From contig QZLA01000205.1 in assembly GCA_004796375.1 (NCBI GenBank), forward strand, positions 1-40,184: a stretch of DNA of 40,184 bases, read 5' to 3'. Shown piece by piece: positions 1-8,578 of the stretch. The position numbers and the translations under genes were made by a program. How positions within the stretch are numbered: the stretch's first letter is position 1; every line of letters begins with the position of its first letter. The notes beneath the pieces were generated by a model that made no database searches, was not told the DNA's origin, and saw only the letters and a program-made list of their open reading frames with translations. This DNA is from Desulfobacteraceae bacterium. GTDB lineage: Bacteria; Desulfobacterota; Desulfobacteria; Desulfobacterales; Desulfobacteraceae.

Positions 1-605
1 CACGGAAGATCATATTTTTTGGTGTCTATGACTTTCATTCCATTGTTTTCCAGCAGACTGACCCATTCATTCCTCGTGGCAAACCGCTCAAAATCCTGCC
101 AGTCATCAGGCCCCTCTCCTGTCTTGTAGACCTTGTATATTGTTTCCAGGTCATGGCTATTGGGAAGGAGGATAACAGCCTTACCATCTTTTTTTAGGAC
201 CCTTGCCATCTCCCTGCATCCGGCTTCCGGGTTCATGTAGTGTTCCAGGATTCCAAGGTTGGTGATATAGTCAAATGAACTATCTTCCCAGGGAAGGGAC
301 TCGGCATCTCCACAGATAAATCGATCGTGCTGATCAGGATATCTGTCCTTTGCAAGACCAATTGCTTTTTCACTGATATCGATACCCACCGGGTCCAGGC
401 CGAATCTGAGTGCAAGGGTCACCAGCTTCCCAGTACCGCATGCCGCATCAAGCAGAGAGGCCCCGGGATGAGGGGATAAGAGCTTTAGCATGTATTCTGC
501 TTGTTGTGACGTATCGACATCTTTCATCCACCCTGAATACAAATTGTTGTATGACTGTTTGAGGTCTTCTGTGGTTTGAATGTTTTTTTTGTTGCGTAAC
601 AGCAT
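1..605 (-). CDS. Class I SAM-dependent methyltransferase; 3' end runs off the window start
   Basis: Reverse-strand translation from ATG at 605..603 gives MLLRNKKNIQTTEDL... with glycine-rich SAM motif I (LLDAACGTGKL) and an acidic residue at the end of strand 2 (VGIDIS). The reading frame continues open to position 1. Confidence 0.75.
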   Translation of the reverse strand, partial: MLLRNKKNIQTTEDLKQSYNNLYSGWMKDVDTSQQAEYMLKLLSPHPGASLLDAACGTGKLVTLALRFGLDPVGIDISEKAIGLAKDRYPDQHDRFICGDAESLPWEDSSFDYITNLGILEHYMNPEAGCREMARVLKKDGKAVILLPNSHDLETIYKVYKTGEGPDDWQDFERFATRNEWVSLLENNGMKVIDTKKYDLP

Positions 606-617
606 TGAATCTCCTGC

Positions 618-1643
618 CTATGCGTTCACTTCAGAATTTTGCTTTGCCTGCTTGTTTATAAAAACTGCTTTGATGCAGTCAGGCGATTGGAGTAATTCCT
701 CTTTAAGCCCGGGGGTATTGCTGAAACTGATTTGATGGGTGATGATTTGCCTTAAACTGTCTTTCCCTGACTTAAGCTGCTCAACAGCATCTTCAAAAAA
801 GAGGTTGGGGTATCCGAAGGCCCCTATGATTGATGCTCTTTTAAAGATCAAACTTTCAAAATTGAATGGAACCCAATGATCCCAATCACTGTCATTTAAG
901 CCGGCAATGACGATCAACCCGTCGTTCATCAGAAGTGTTACTGCGTCCTTTAAGGTTCCGGGAGGTGCGAATACCAGGATTTTGTTGGATATGGTTTCGT
1001 TTATTTCACCGGGTTTGAAGCATTTTTTAAATCCAAACTGTTCTGCCAGATCAAAGCACTTTGAACTCCTGGCACACCCATAAACTCCCGATGCCCCTTT
1101 TTGGATACACAGCCATCCTGCCATAAGCCCGATGGCACCCAGACCATAGATGGTGACACGGTCTTTTGGTCTTATTTGCGCTGCCTTTAGCACATCGTTT
1201 GCAACGCCAAGCGGCTCCACAAGGCCCAAAAGCGAGCCCTCCAGGCCCTCCGCATCAACCATAGATCTTTCGTGTGCCAGAAAAAACTGATTAAAGCCTG
1301 ATTTGTTAACGATGACATCTCCACAGTCCCGTGCTTTTCCAACCGTACAATGGTCACATACGCCGCAGGGCGCAGCATTCTTTACCGCCACCTGTTGTCC
1401 GGGTTGGAATTTGGAGGTGTTATCACCGCAATGCCTCACCTTGCCGCCAAATTCATGACCGATTTTTTCCCAGTCCTTTGATCGGTGTGCCATCCACAGC
1501 AGATCACTGTGACACAGCCCGCATGCCTCCAGTTCGATCAGATAATGTTCGGAGGGGATGGCTGAGATAGTTTCGATCTCCTCCTTGATCCGGTATGGTG
1601 CTTTAAAAAGAAAATTCTTTGACTGTACGGGTGTTATATCCAA
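618..1643 (-). CDS. Zn-dependent alcohol/sugar dehydrogenase of the MDR family (threonine/sorbitol dehydrogenase-like)
   Basis: 341 aa ORF. Catalytic-Zn motif GLCHSDL and the GHEFGGKV signature are present, as is the structural-Zn Cys cluster CGVCDHC. A Rossmann GxGxxG (GLGAIG) follows. Confidence 0.85.
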   Translation of the reverse strand: MDITPVQSKNFLFKAPYRIKEEIETISAIPSEHYLIELEACGLCHSDLLWMAHRSKDWEKIGHEFGGKVRHCGDNTSKFQPGQQVAVKNAAPCGVCDHCTVGKARDCGDVIVNKSGFNQFFLAHERSMVDAEGLEGSLLGLVEPLGVANDVLKAAQIRPKDRVTIYGLGAIGLMAGWLCIQKGASGVYGCARSSKCFDLAEQFGFKKCFKPGEINETISNKILVFAPPGTLKDAVTLLMNDGLIVIAGLNDSDWDHWVPFNFESLIFKRASIIGAFGYPNLFFEDAVEQLKSGKDSLRQIITHQISFSNTPGLKEELLQSPDCIKAVFINKQAKQNSEVNA

Positions 1644-1645
1644 TT

Positions 1646-2905
1646 TCAGGCTGCCCTTGGTTTACTTCTTTTATTCCAGATGGCGATTGATTTGTCATAC
1701 GCATTGAACAGATCTTTCATATACCGGTCTTTATTGTATAATCGGCACACTCTGTCGTAGCCTTTTTGTCCCATTTCACTTGCGCGCTTCTTGTCACTTA
1801 AAAGAAGATCAATTTTTTTTGCAAGGTCTTTAGGATTACCCATTTCAAAGTGATATCCTGTTTCGCCATTGGCCAGCCAGTCTTTGATCCCACCGGTATA
1901 TGACCCGATAACCGGTTTCATGTTTGCCATGGCTTCAAGCCCGACCAGGCAAAAGGTTTCCATCCACACAGATGGGATGATAATCGCATCTGCCATGGCA
2001 TACTTCAGCCTTGTTTTTTCGTATGACAGGATGCCTTCCAGGATGACTTGTTTAGAAAGCAGAGGATCGCTTTTAACCCTTTTTTCTATGGCCTCGTAGT
2101 GGGGAGGACCTCCGGTGACAAAATGAACCTTTACATCCCTGGTTTTCAAATATTTGACCGCATCCAGTGTGATATCAAACCCTTTTTCAGGAGACGCACG
2201 TCCCACCATCAGAATATGGTTTTCTTCTGGTTTATGAAGGGTGTCGATCAGCTCCTGTACTTCTTCTCTTGGCCTTATGGGTGTAAAGTTGGGAATCCAG
2301 TTGATCTGCTCATCTTTAAATCCGTTTTCCTTCATACACGCAATGGTCGCCCTGCTTTCCATGATAAATACCGGCATCTGTCTGTGTACATCAAAGTGTT
2401 TTCTGGTCCAGACGGCGATTTTTTCATGAAGGGTTTTTGGCTGATCCAGTGAGATGCACCCCTGATTGAGACATTCCCTGCCCATGGGGTATGGGCAGAT
2501 GGTTTTATTGTCGGGTAACAGTTTCCAATGGGTAAAGCAATAGAGCCTTGGGTCATGAATATTCCTGACACAGGGGATGGTTTTCATTAAAAACTTTACA
2601 ACATAGGGGTTCTGACAGCTGTGTATATGGCACACATCCGGTTTGTATTTTTTAATAATCCTGCCCAGTTCTCTGATACATTTATAGATTTTGAAATAGT
2701 AGAGGAAGGTAAATTGAGAAAAGGGCATCTCGATGTCAGGAACCTCGATTTCAACCCGTTGCCCTGTTTTTATCTGATTGGGATGAGCGTTCATAACCAT
2801 GATATTTTCGTGGCCAAGCTGCTCAACGGCATGCAGGACGTCAAACATCAACTTCTCTGCCCCGCCTATGGCAGTATACCAATCACAGATATGCATGATT
2901 TTCAT
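1646..2905 (-). CDS. Family GT4 (group 1) glycosyltransferase
   Basis: 419 aa. N-terminus MKIMHICDWYTAIGGAEK is typical of GT4. The C-terminal EX7E-type region reads EAMANMKPVIGSYTGGIKDWLANGETGYHFE. The stop is only 2 nt from the upstream gene, suggesting an operon. Confidence 0.85.
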   Translation of the reverse strand: MKIMHICDWYTAIGGAEKLMFDVLHAVEQLGHENIMVMNAHPNQIKTGQRVEIEVPDIEMPFSQFTFLYYFKIYKCIRELGRIIKKYKPDVCHIHSCQNPYVVKFLMKTIPCVRNIHDPRLYCFTHWKLLPDNKTICPYPMGRECLNQGCISLDQPKTLHEKIAVWTRKHFDVHRQMPVFIMESRATIACMKENGFKDEQINWIPNFTPIRPREEVQELIDTLHKPEENHILMVGRASPEKGFDITLDAVKYLKTRDVKVHFVTGGPPHYEAIEKRVKSDPLLSKQVILEGILSYEKTRLKYAMADAIIIPSVWMETFCLVGLEAMANMKPVIGSYTGGIKDWLANGETGYHFEMGNPKDLAKKIDLLLSDKKRASEMGQKGYDRVCRLYNKDRYMKDLFNAYDKSIAIWNKRSKPRAA

Positions 2906-3066
2906 CAGGTTTTCCTTAGTTTTCTCAATAACTTTTTGTACATCAATGACCTGTAAAGCTCTGAAGAAAGGACAAGCAAATCATTCCATTTTTTATATAT
3001 TTTCTCTTTCATGTGTTTCTCCTCTATCGAGAAAGAATGAACCGTAAAGTCGGCCTAAAAAGGGTT

Positions 3067-4023
3067 CTATAATGTTTCGTATGTATCCAGCAAAACCTGC
3101 AAGACGTGTTTTTCCGTCCAGTAGTTCTCCATGAATGCCCTGGACTGCTGCCCGATGGACTGACGAAGGTCACTGTCACCAATCAATGTGTTTAAAACAT
3201 CTGCTAATTCCTGTCTGTTTCTGGCAATCTGCCAGGGCAGCTGCTCCGCCCCTGTAAATTCCTTGATGCATTTGATGTTCCAGTCGTCAAGGCCGGCGAT
3301 GACCGGTTTGCCGTGGCTCAAGGATTCCAGGGATGCAATACCGAACCATCCCCTCATGTGATCAAAAATGATGTGACAGGCCTTTTTGATCCTGAGGCAT
3401 TCAAAATAGGGCGTTTTTTCAATGATAACCGTTTCAACGTTCGGATGAATTTTGGTCAACTCCGCCATGACCGATTTGAATACCTCGGTGTGCTTGTGAA
3501 ATTTCCTTGTGGGCGATTGACAGATTTTTATGCTTTCCCGGGTAAGGCTGAGTTCATACCTGGGCATGAACTGAACGTCGTGTATCGGAACAAGATTGGG
3601 CACCCATACGGCATCCCGGGCAACCTTCAAAAGATCCGGGGTACTTACAACGACTTGACGTTCAAGTTTTTTGTATTTCTCATTAAAAGCGTCTTTGTTG
3701 ATCAGAAAATCAGGATGACCGTGGTGATGGTGCAGTATTTTTTTCCCGCTGATATAGTCCCGGATAACCAGGGGGCCCAGATGGGAGTGCTCGTCTCTGA
3801 GCATGTGAAAGTGTACGATGTCTGAATCGGTGAGTAGCTGCTCGATCTCTCCAAAATCATCATCTTCAATGTCCGGAATATGGATATCGGATTCAAAATT
3901 GAACCCGTACCTTTCCTGGGTGGTGATCACCCGGCACGTGTGTTCTGAATACCGGTTGATGGCATTGCAAAACGCGATGGCCATTCCTGCCGGATCATTA
4001 TCCATGATCATTAATATTTGCAT
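3067..4023 (-). CDS. Glycosyltransferase-like protein (GT-B C-terminal domain)
   Basis: 318 aa. The C-terminal region ESLSHGKPVIAGLDDWNIKCIKEFTGAEQ resembles the nucleotide-sugar-binding half of group-1 glycosyltransferases. It lies in the same strand and cluster as the GT4 gene. Confidence 0.55.
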   Translation of the reverse strand: MQILMIMDNDPAGMAIAFCNAINRYSEHTCRVITTQERYGFNFESDIHIPDIEDDDFGEIEQLLTDSDIVHFHMLRDEHSHLGPLVIRDYISGKKILHHHHGHPDFLINKDAFNEKYKKLERQVVVSTPDLLKVARDAVWVPNLVPIHDVQFMPRYELSLTRESIKICQSPTRKFHKHTEVFKSVMAELTKIHPNVETVIIEKTPYFECLRIKKACHIIFDHMRGWFGIASLESLSHGKPVIAGLDDWNIKCIKEFTGAEQLPWQIARNRQELADVLNTLIGDSDLRQSIGQQSRAFMENYWTEKHVLQVLLDTYETL

Positions 4024-4130
4024 AGCTCCGCTCTGCTGGTTACAAGATTTTTATCCACAGTCTTGTCGTTCTATATCATTCATTATCGGCACAACTATTC
4101 AATCACTGAATAATTAGTTGGCCGACTCGA

Positions 4131-6011
4131 TCATAATTGATACTGACTCAGCCTTCTCAGCGCCGTTAAAAAACCCTGGCCATTATTCAGATGTCCCCTC
4201 CAGACTTCCGGCACCCAGGTATCCTGGTAACCGGAAAATAGCGGCATGATTTTGTCAAAGTCAATATCCCCTTCATGGATCTGCATCCCTTCTCCATCCA
4301 CACCATAGGCGTCTCCCATGTGGATATGGCGGATATAGGGATACACAATACGGACAAATTCGCCCAGGTCTTTTTCTTTTGCATTGCAGTAGAGTGCGGC
4401 ATGTGAAATATCAAATACAATATTGACATTGGTTTCTTTACAAAAACCTGCAATTTCATCAGGGTCCATAAAAAAATTGCCCTTCCAGGCACCTCCGAAA
4501 TACCAGGGATAGGGGGGGAGATTCTCCAATAACAGGTGACTGCCAACGGTATCAATCTCCTTAAGGGATTGAATCAGTTTTTCTCTTAACCTGTTTTTAT
4601 CTAATTTAGCTTTCAGGCTCATGGCGCCAGGATGGGCGATTAGTTTAGGGATTCCTTTGAAATGGGGTGCCAGTTTTGCCGTGAGGGCGGCAGTCGTGTT
4701 GACAAGGTCCACGGAGGCTTTCCGGATATCCTCGCTGGCACTGCACAGGTCCATGAGTTTGCCGTCCAGGTACTCGGCCACATGCACTACCAGTTCCTGA
4801 GAGTATTGGCGGGTTAAATCAAATTCAAGGTCAAGGTCCTTTTCCGCCAGATGGATTTCAATGGCTTTGGGGTTCAATTCGATGATGTCATGGAAGTCGG
4901 AAAATCTTGAGATAAGCCCCCATTTACTCTGAAATGATTTTTCAATGTCCCAATGACTGTCCTTGGCTGGATCAAGATCTCTTTCAAGGAAAACACCGTT
5001 TGCTTCAATATCCCTGTCCAGGGTCCGGCCGACCAGGTCATCCAGGTTGGACGGTGCAAGCCCTTTACCCGGTCCTTTTATTGAGACCATGTCACGGGTA
5101 ATCCGGGTGCCTTTTGACAGGAACCGGCTGGCGATGAGGCTTTTACCGAACACTTCGCGATTGAGCACTTCTCCCCGGAGCAGGAAACGATCCTCCTTGG
5201 CCATGGCAAGATCTGCAATCCGTATATCCCGAACCATTCGTTTAAATTCAAAGGGCTCAAGGCTGATTTTATGGTCTGGGCCATCCATCTTTTTATCCCA
5301 GGTGATGTGCTTCTCAATGATGGACGCTCCCATGGATGCGGCTACAAGCGGGATAACGATGCCGATGTCATGACCGGAATAACCAACAGGGACATTATAC
5401 TGCTTGAGCCAACCGATCATTTTCAGGTTCACTTCCCTGGGCCAGACCGGGTAGGCGCTTCTGCAGTGAAGAATAGCGAATTCGGCACCACAGTCCTTAA
5501 GCAGATCAATGGTTTTCCTTATCTCACCCCGGTAGGACATCCCGGTTGAAACTATCATGGGCAGGCCTTTGGAACCGACATGAGACAAAAGGTCCACGTT
5601 ATTCAGGTCAGCAGATGCAATTTTGTATGCATGGATATCCAATGTCTGGAGAAAATCGGCACTGGTCCTATCAAACGGCGTGCATATAAAGTCAAGGCCC
5701 TTTTCAATGCAGTAACCATTGAGCTGAGCCATCTCATTTTCTGACAGTTCGACCTGTTTCAGGATCGGGATCATGTATTGGAAATGCTGCTCATATCTTT
5801 CAGGGTGCTCCAATATTTCCCTCGGGTACAGGCTGGGCAGGTGGCGCTTCTGAAACTTTACGGCGTTTGCCCCAGCGCTCTGGGCTTCGTCAATCAACTG
5901 TTTGGCAAGATCTATATCACCGTTGTGATTAATGCCGATTTCCGCAATGATATAGGTCGGGCTTCCTTCCCCAACGGTTTTTCCATTGATATGGATCACA
6001 GAGGTGGGCAT
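4131..6011 (-). CDS. NeuB-family sialic/nonulosonic acid synthase with SAF domain, fused to a C-terminal xylose-isomerase-like TIM-barrel (sugar phosphate isomerase/epimerase) domain
   Basis: The ORF at 4131..6089 has its likely start at internal Met 6011..6009 (MPTSVIHINGKTVGEGSPTYIIAEIGINHNGD, the canonical NeuB N-terminus). A SAF domain follows (GEVLNREVFGKSLIASRFLSKGTRITRDMVSIKGPGKG). A further ~270 aa carry a TIM-barrel-like signature (LLLENLPPYPWYFGG...VNIVFDISHA...IRHIHMGD). Confidence 0.8.
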   Translation of the reverse strand: MPTSVIHINGKTVGEGSPTYIIAEIGINHNGDIDLAKQLIDEAQSAGANAVKFQKRHLPSLYPREILEHPERYEQHFQYMIPILKQVELSENEMAQLNGYCIEKGLDFICTPFDRTSADFLQTLDIHAYKIASADLNNVDLLSHVGSKGLPMIVSTGMSYRGEIRKTIDLLKDCGAEFAILHCRSAYPVWPREVNLKMIGWLKQYNVPVGYSGHDIGIVIPLVAASMGASIIEKHITWDKKMDGPDHKISLEPFEFKRMVRDIRIADLAMAKEDRFLLRGEVLNREVFGKSLIASRFLSKGTRITRDMVSIKGPGKGLAPSNLDDLVGRTLDRDIEANGVFLERDLDPAKDSHWDIEKSFQSKWGLISRFSDFHDIIELNPKAIEIHLAEKDLDLEFDLTRQYSQELVVHVAEYLDGKLMDLCSASEDIRKASVDLVNTTAALTAKLAPHFKGIPKLIAHPGAMSLKAKLDKNRLREKLIQSLKEIDTVGSHLLLENLPPYPWYFGGAWKGNFFMDPDEIAGFCKETNVNIVFDISHAALYCNAKEKDLGEFVRIVYPYIRHIHMGDAYGVDGEGMQIHEGDIDFDKIMPLFSGYQDTWVPEVWRGHLNNGQGFLTALRRLSQYQL

Positions 6012-6979
6012 TGGTTCTCCTCCACGGCCGTTTGCCAATAAATTAGAAGGTCTTTCAAGGTTTTGGTCAGCGGTATCATCGGTTCCCACCCGGTCAGTGT
6101 TCGGAAAAGGGTGTTATCACACACCATGATAGGGATGTCAGAAGGCCTCATGCGATCAGGGTTGGGTTCAATTTCAACCAAGACCCCGGAAATGTCCAAA
6201 AGCATCGAAAGAATGCTTTCAAGGCTGAGGGACTTACCTGATCCGATGTTATACGCCTGGCCGGGAAGGCCATGCTCAAGGGCGAGCCAGTAGGCTTTTA
6301 CCGCATCTCTGAAATCCGTGAAATCCCTGTGGGCCTCAAGGTTGCCCACCATGATGACGGGTTTGTTCCTGCCGGCCTTTATCTGGGCAATCTGCTTGGC
6401 AAAGTTGGATAGCGCGAAAATAGGACTTTGCCGTGGGCCGGTCAGGTTAAACACACGTACACGGATGATATCCATTCCGTAATTATGATGATACTGAAAG
6501 GCCAGCATATCCTGGGCGACTTTACTGACGCCGTAGGGACTTACCGGTTTGAACGGCACGGTTTCAGACACAGGCAGGTCACTTTCAGAAATCAGACCGT
6601 AGCTCTCCGAACTTCCTGTGACAAGGATTCGTGCATTAATGCTATTTTTCCGGACGGCTTCAAAGATATTTAGCTGGCAGGTGATGTTGTTTGAAATGGT
6701 TTGCACCGGATTTTTCCAGCTCTCTGCGACACTGGTTTGCGCGGCAAGATGGTAGATTTGATCCGGCCGCAGGTCCCTGATAAGGGTATTGACCGTTTCT
6801 GTGTTACACAGGTCACACTCATGCAGGTGGATCTGATTTTCAATTTGATGTAGAAACTTATGGCTGTCTCTGGGATGAGCAATGCCGTAAACCTCAATAT
6901 CCGGCATGGTCAATAGATATTCGGCAAGGTAACTGCCGGTCATCCCCGTAACCCCCGTGATTAGTGCCTTCATACCCAT
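5996..6979 (-). CDS. NAD(P)-dependent epimerase/dehydratase (SDR), GDP-mannose 4,6-dehydratase / GDP-4-keto-6-deoxymannose reductase-like
   Basis: 327 aa. N-terminus ALITGVTGMTGSYLAEYLL carries the GxxGxxG motif. The catalytic YxxxK appears in SPYGVSKVAQDML. The GNLEAHRDFTDFRD region resembles GMD/RMD family members. Confidence 0.8.
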   Translation of the reverse strand: MGMKALITGVTGMTGSYLAEYLLTMPDIEVYGIAHPRDSHKFLHQIENQIHLHECDLCNTETVNTLIRDLRPDQIYHLAAQTSVAESWKNPVQTISNNITCQLNIFEAVRKNSINARILVTGSSESYGLISESDLPVSETVPFKPVSPYGVSKVAQDMLAFQYHHNYGMDIIRVRVFNLTGPRQSPIFALSNFAKQIAQIKAGRNKPVIMVGNLEAHRDFTDFRDAVKAYWLALEHGLPGQAYNIGSGKSLSLESILSMLLDISGVLVEIEPNPDRMRPSDIPIMVCDNTLFRTLTGWEPMIPLTKTLKDLLIYWQTAVEENQCPPL

Positions 6980-7599
6980 AGCCTGGAGACCATCTTGATT
7001 TTGATTTGATCATCTATTTTACCTTCCAGCATTTCGAGAATCTCATTTTGTCTGGCAAAGGATGTGATCATCAACGCATCTGGCCGGATCTCGTTAATTT
7101 TTAAAGGGGGGTGTATCATGGTACCGAAGAACAGTTTACCGATCTTATTGGGATCATTATCCACCACACCTGTAAGTGTCAGCTCTGTCTTCTTGATCGC
7201 AGAATAAACAATTTCTGCCGTATCGGACGCGCCGTATAAAACAACGGTCCGGATCCCTTCAGCATAACTTTCTAGTAGGATTTCAACGATTTCACTGCGG
7301 ACTCCGGCATAAAACTGCACGATCTCTGCAGAAAAGGCCAGAAAATTGGTGGCAACGTACTCTTTGCCCTGATCCGTCAGGTGGTATGTCATGCTCCGGT
7401 TGGAGCTTCCTGAAGTGTAAATCAGGTTTTCACTGGAAAGCTCCTTGATGTAGTTATTGACCATTGAACTGCTGAGACTGGCTTGCTGCCCGAGAAATTT
7501 TTGTGTGATATCCGGATTCTTCTGTATTAATGAGAGGATGGAAAATTTGCGGTATTGTTTGCTGGGTTCCAGATAGTTTGACGAATATGGTTCAATCAT
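6970..7599 (-). CDS. Winged-helix transcriptional regulator with C-terminal Rossmann-like (CoA-binding/Rex-like) domain
   Basis: 209 aa. The N-terminal half is MarR/wHTH-like (SILSLIQKNPDITQKFLGQQASLSSSMVNNYIKEL). The C-terminal half is VVLYGASDTAEIVYSAIKK...GVVDNDPNK, like the nucleotide-binding domain of Rex/NeuD-type proteins. It is the first gene of the minus-strand glycan cluster. Confidence 0.55.
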   Translation of the reverse strand: MIEPYSSNYLEPSKQYRKFSILSLIQKNPDITQKFLGQQASLSSSMVNNYIKELSSENLIYTSGSSNRSMTYHLTDQGKEYVATNFLAFSAEIVQFYAGVRSEIVEILLESYAEGIRTVVLYGASDTAEIVYSAIKKTELTLTGVVDNDPNKIGKLFFGTMIHPPLKINEIRPDALMITSFARQNEILEMLEGKIDDQIKIKMVSRLWV

Positions 7600-7637
7600 T
7601 TTAGTTTACCCCACTTGACTGATCATTCAGTGACTGA

Positions 7638-7666
7638 ACAATATCAATGCTGGGATGCCAAGTCAA
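7638..7666 (-). promoter_or_regulatory. Putative sigma-70 promoter for the regulator/glycan operon (-35 TTGACT, 17-nt spacer, -10 TATTGT on the minus strand)
   Basis: On the minus strand, -35 TTGACT lies at 7666..7661 and -10 TATTGT at 7643..7638. It sits ~40 nt upstream of the regulator ATG at 7599 and overlaps the palindrome TTCAGTgACTGAA. Confidence 0.3.
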
Positions 7667-7753
7667 CTCAAACTTAACCTTCTTTATGGGGTATTCAGCT
7701 ATCCGTGGGGGTAAAAACTGTATCCCGTGAACCCTGTCATCGACTTGACTGAT

Positions 7754-8578
7754 TTACAACCCGACACGGTCATACGAGTGATAAAACGCGATCCGGTGGC
7801 TGATCTCCCCTCCCACCAGAATAATGGCGGCAAGAGATAAAGCGATCAGTTCAACCAGTGCTGCTTTGGCAAGGAGCAGGAAGATGACGCAAAGGATCAC
7901 CCCTGAGCCATGGAAGACCGGCCAATGTGAGCTTTTGGCCGGACGGCGTTTTTTTTTAAATCTCTGATACAACCCTAGGGTCATTTTGATCAGGCTCCCT
8001 GATACTGCAGCAATTATTGCCGCTTGAACGTAGATATCAGCAGTAACAGCGTCATGACCCGTGGAAGATGTCATGGCGCAGATGGTTTGCACGAGGGCAA
8101 ACTGAATGCCTCCCAGCACCAGTGCCGAGCCGACAAAGCTGAGCAGGGTGCCGGAATGGTTCCATGACGGAACGGTTTTCAATTGATACACCCGGGACAT
8201 GGAGTAAAGGAGTATGGCTCCGGCGAGGCTTGCGCCGGATAGAACGAAAACATCAAACTCTTTTGGCCTTATGGGAGTGGTAATGATCAGCAGCGCCAGG
8301 GCACCGGCATGGACATGGACAAAAAAAATCTCTCTGCTGAGCCAGGAGTGCCTGAGGTTGGCAATGGCAAAAAGACCGGCGCGGGGATTACTCAGGTGGG
8401 CAAGTGCAGCGGCCATTCCGGCAAAAGACAGGGCCAGGGCTGCGGTCAGGTGACTGATCACAGGCAGCCCCGTATTGGCGGTATTTATCATGAAATGTGC
8501 CGCCAGCAGGCACCAGATACTTCCGACAGACGCCTGGAAAAGCAGGGTGAAAGCCACCAGGCTCCAATGACTATGCAT
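7754..8578 (-). CDS. DmsC-family membrane anchor subunit of a DMSO-reductase-type molybdoenzyme
   Basis: A polytopic membrane protein of ~275 aa (282 aa if the start is at 8602). It lies immediately downstream of the DmsB/DmsA-like genes with overlapping boundaries. Hydrophobic helices run throughout the sequence. Confidence 0.65.
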   Translation of the reverse strand: MHSHWSLVAFTLLFQASVGSIWCLLAAHFMINTANTGLPVISHLTAALALSFAGMAAALAHLSNPRAGLFAIANLRHSWLSREIFFVHVHAGALALLIITTPIRPKEFDVFVLSGASLAGAILLYSMSRVYQLKTVPSWNHSGTLLSFVGSALVLGGIQFALVQTICAMTSSTGHDAVTADIYVQAAIIAAVSGSLIKMTLGLYQRFKKKRRPAKSSHWPVFHGSGVILCVIFLLLAKAALVELIALSLAAIILVGGEISHRIAFYHSYDRVGL

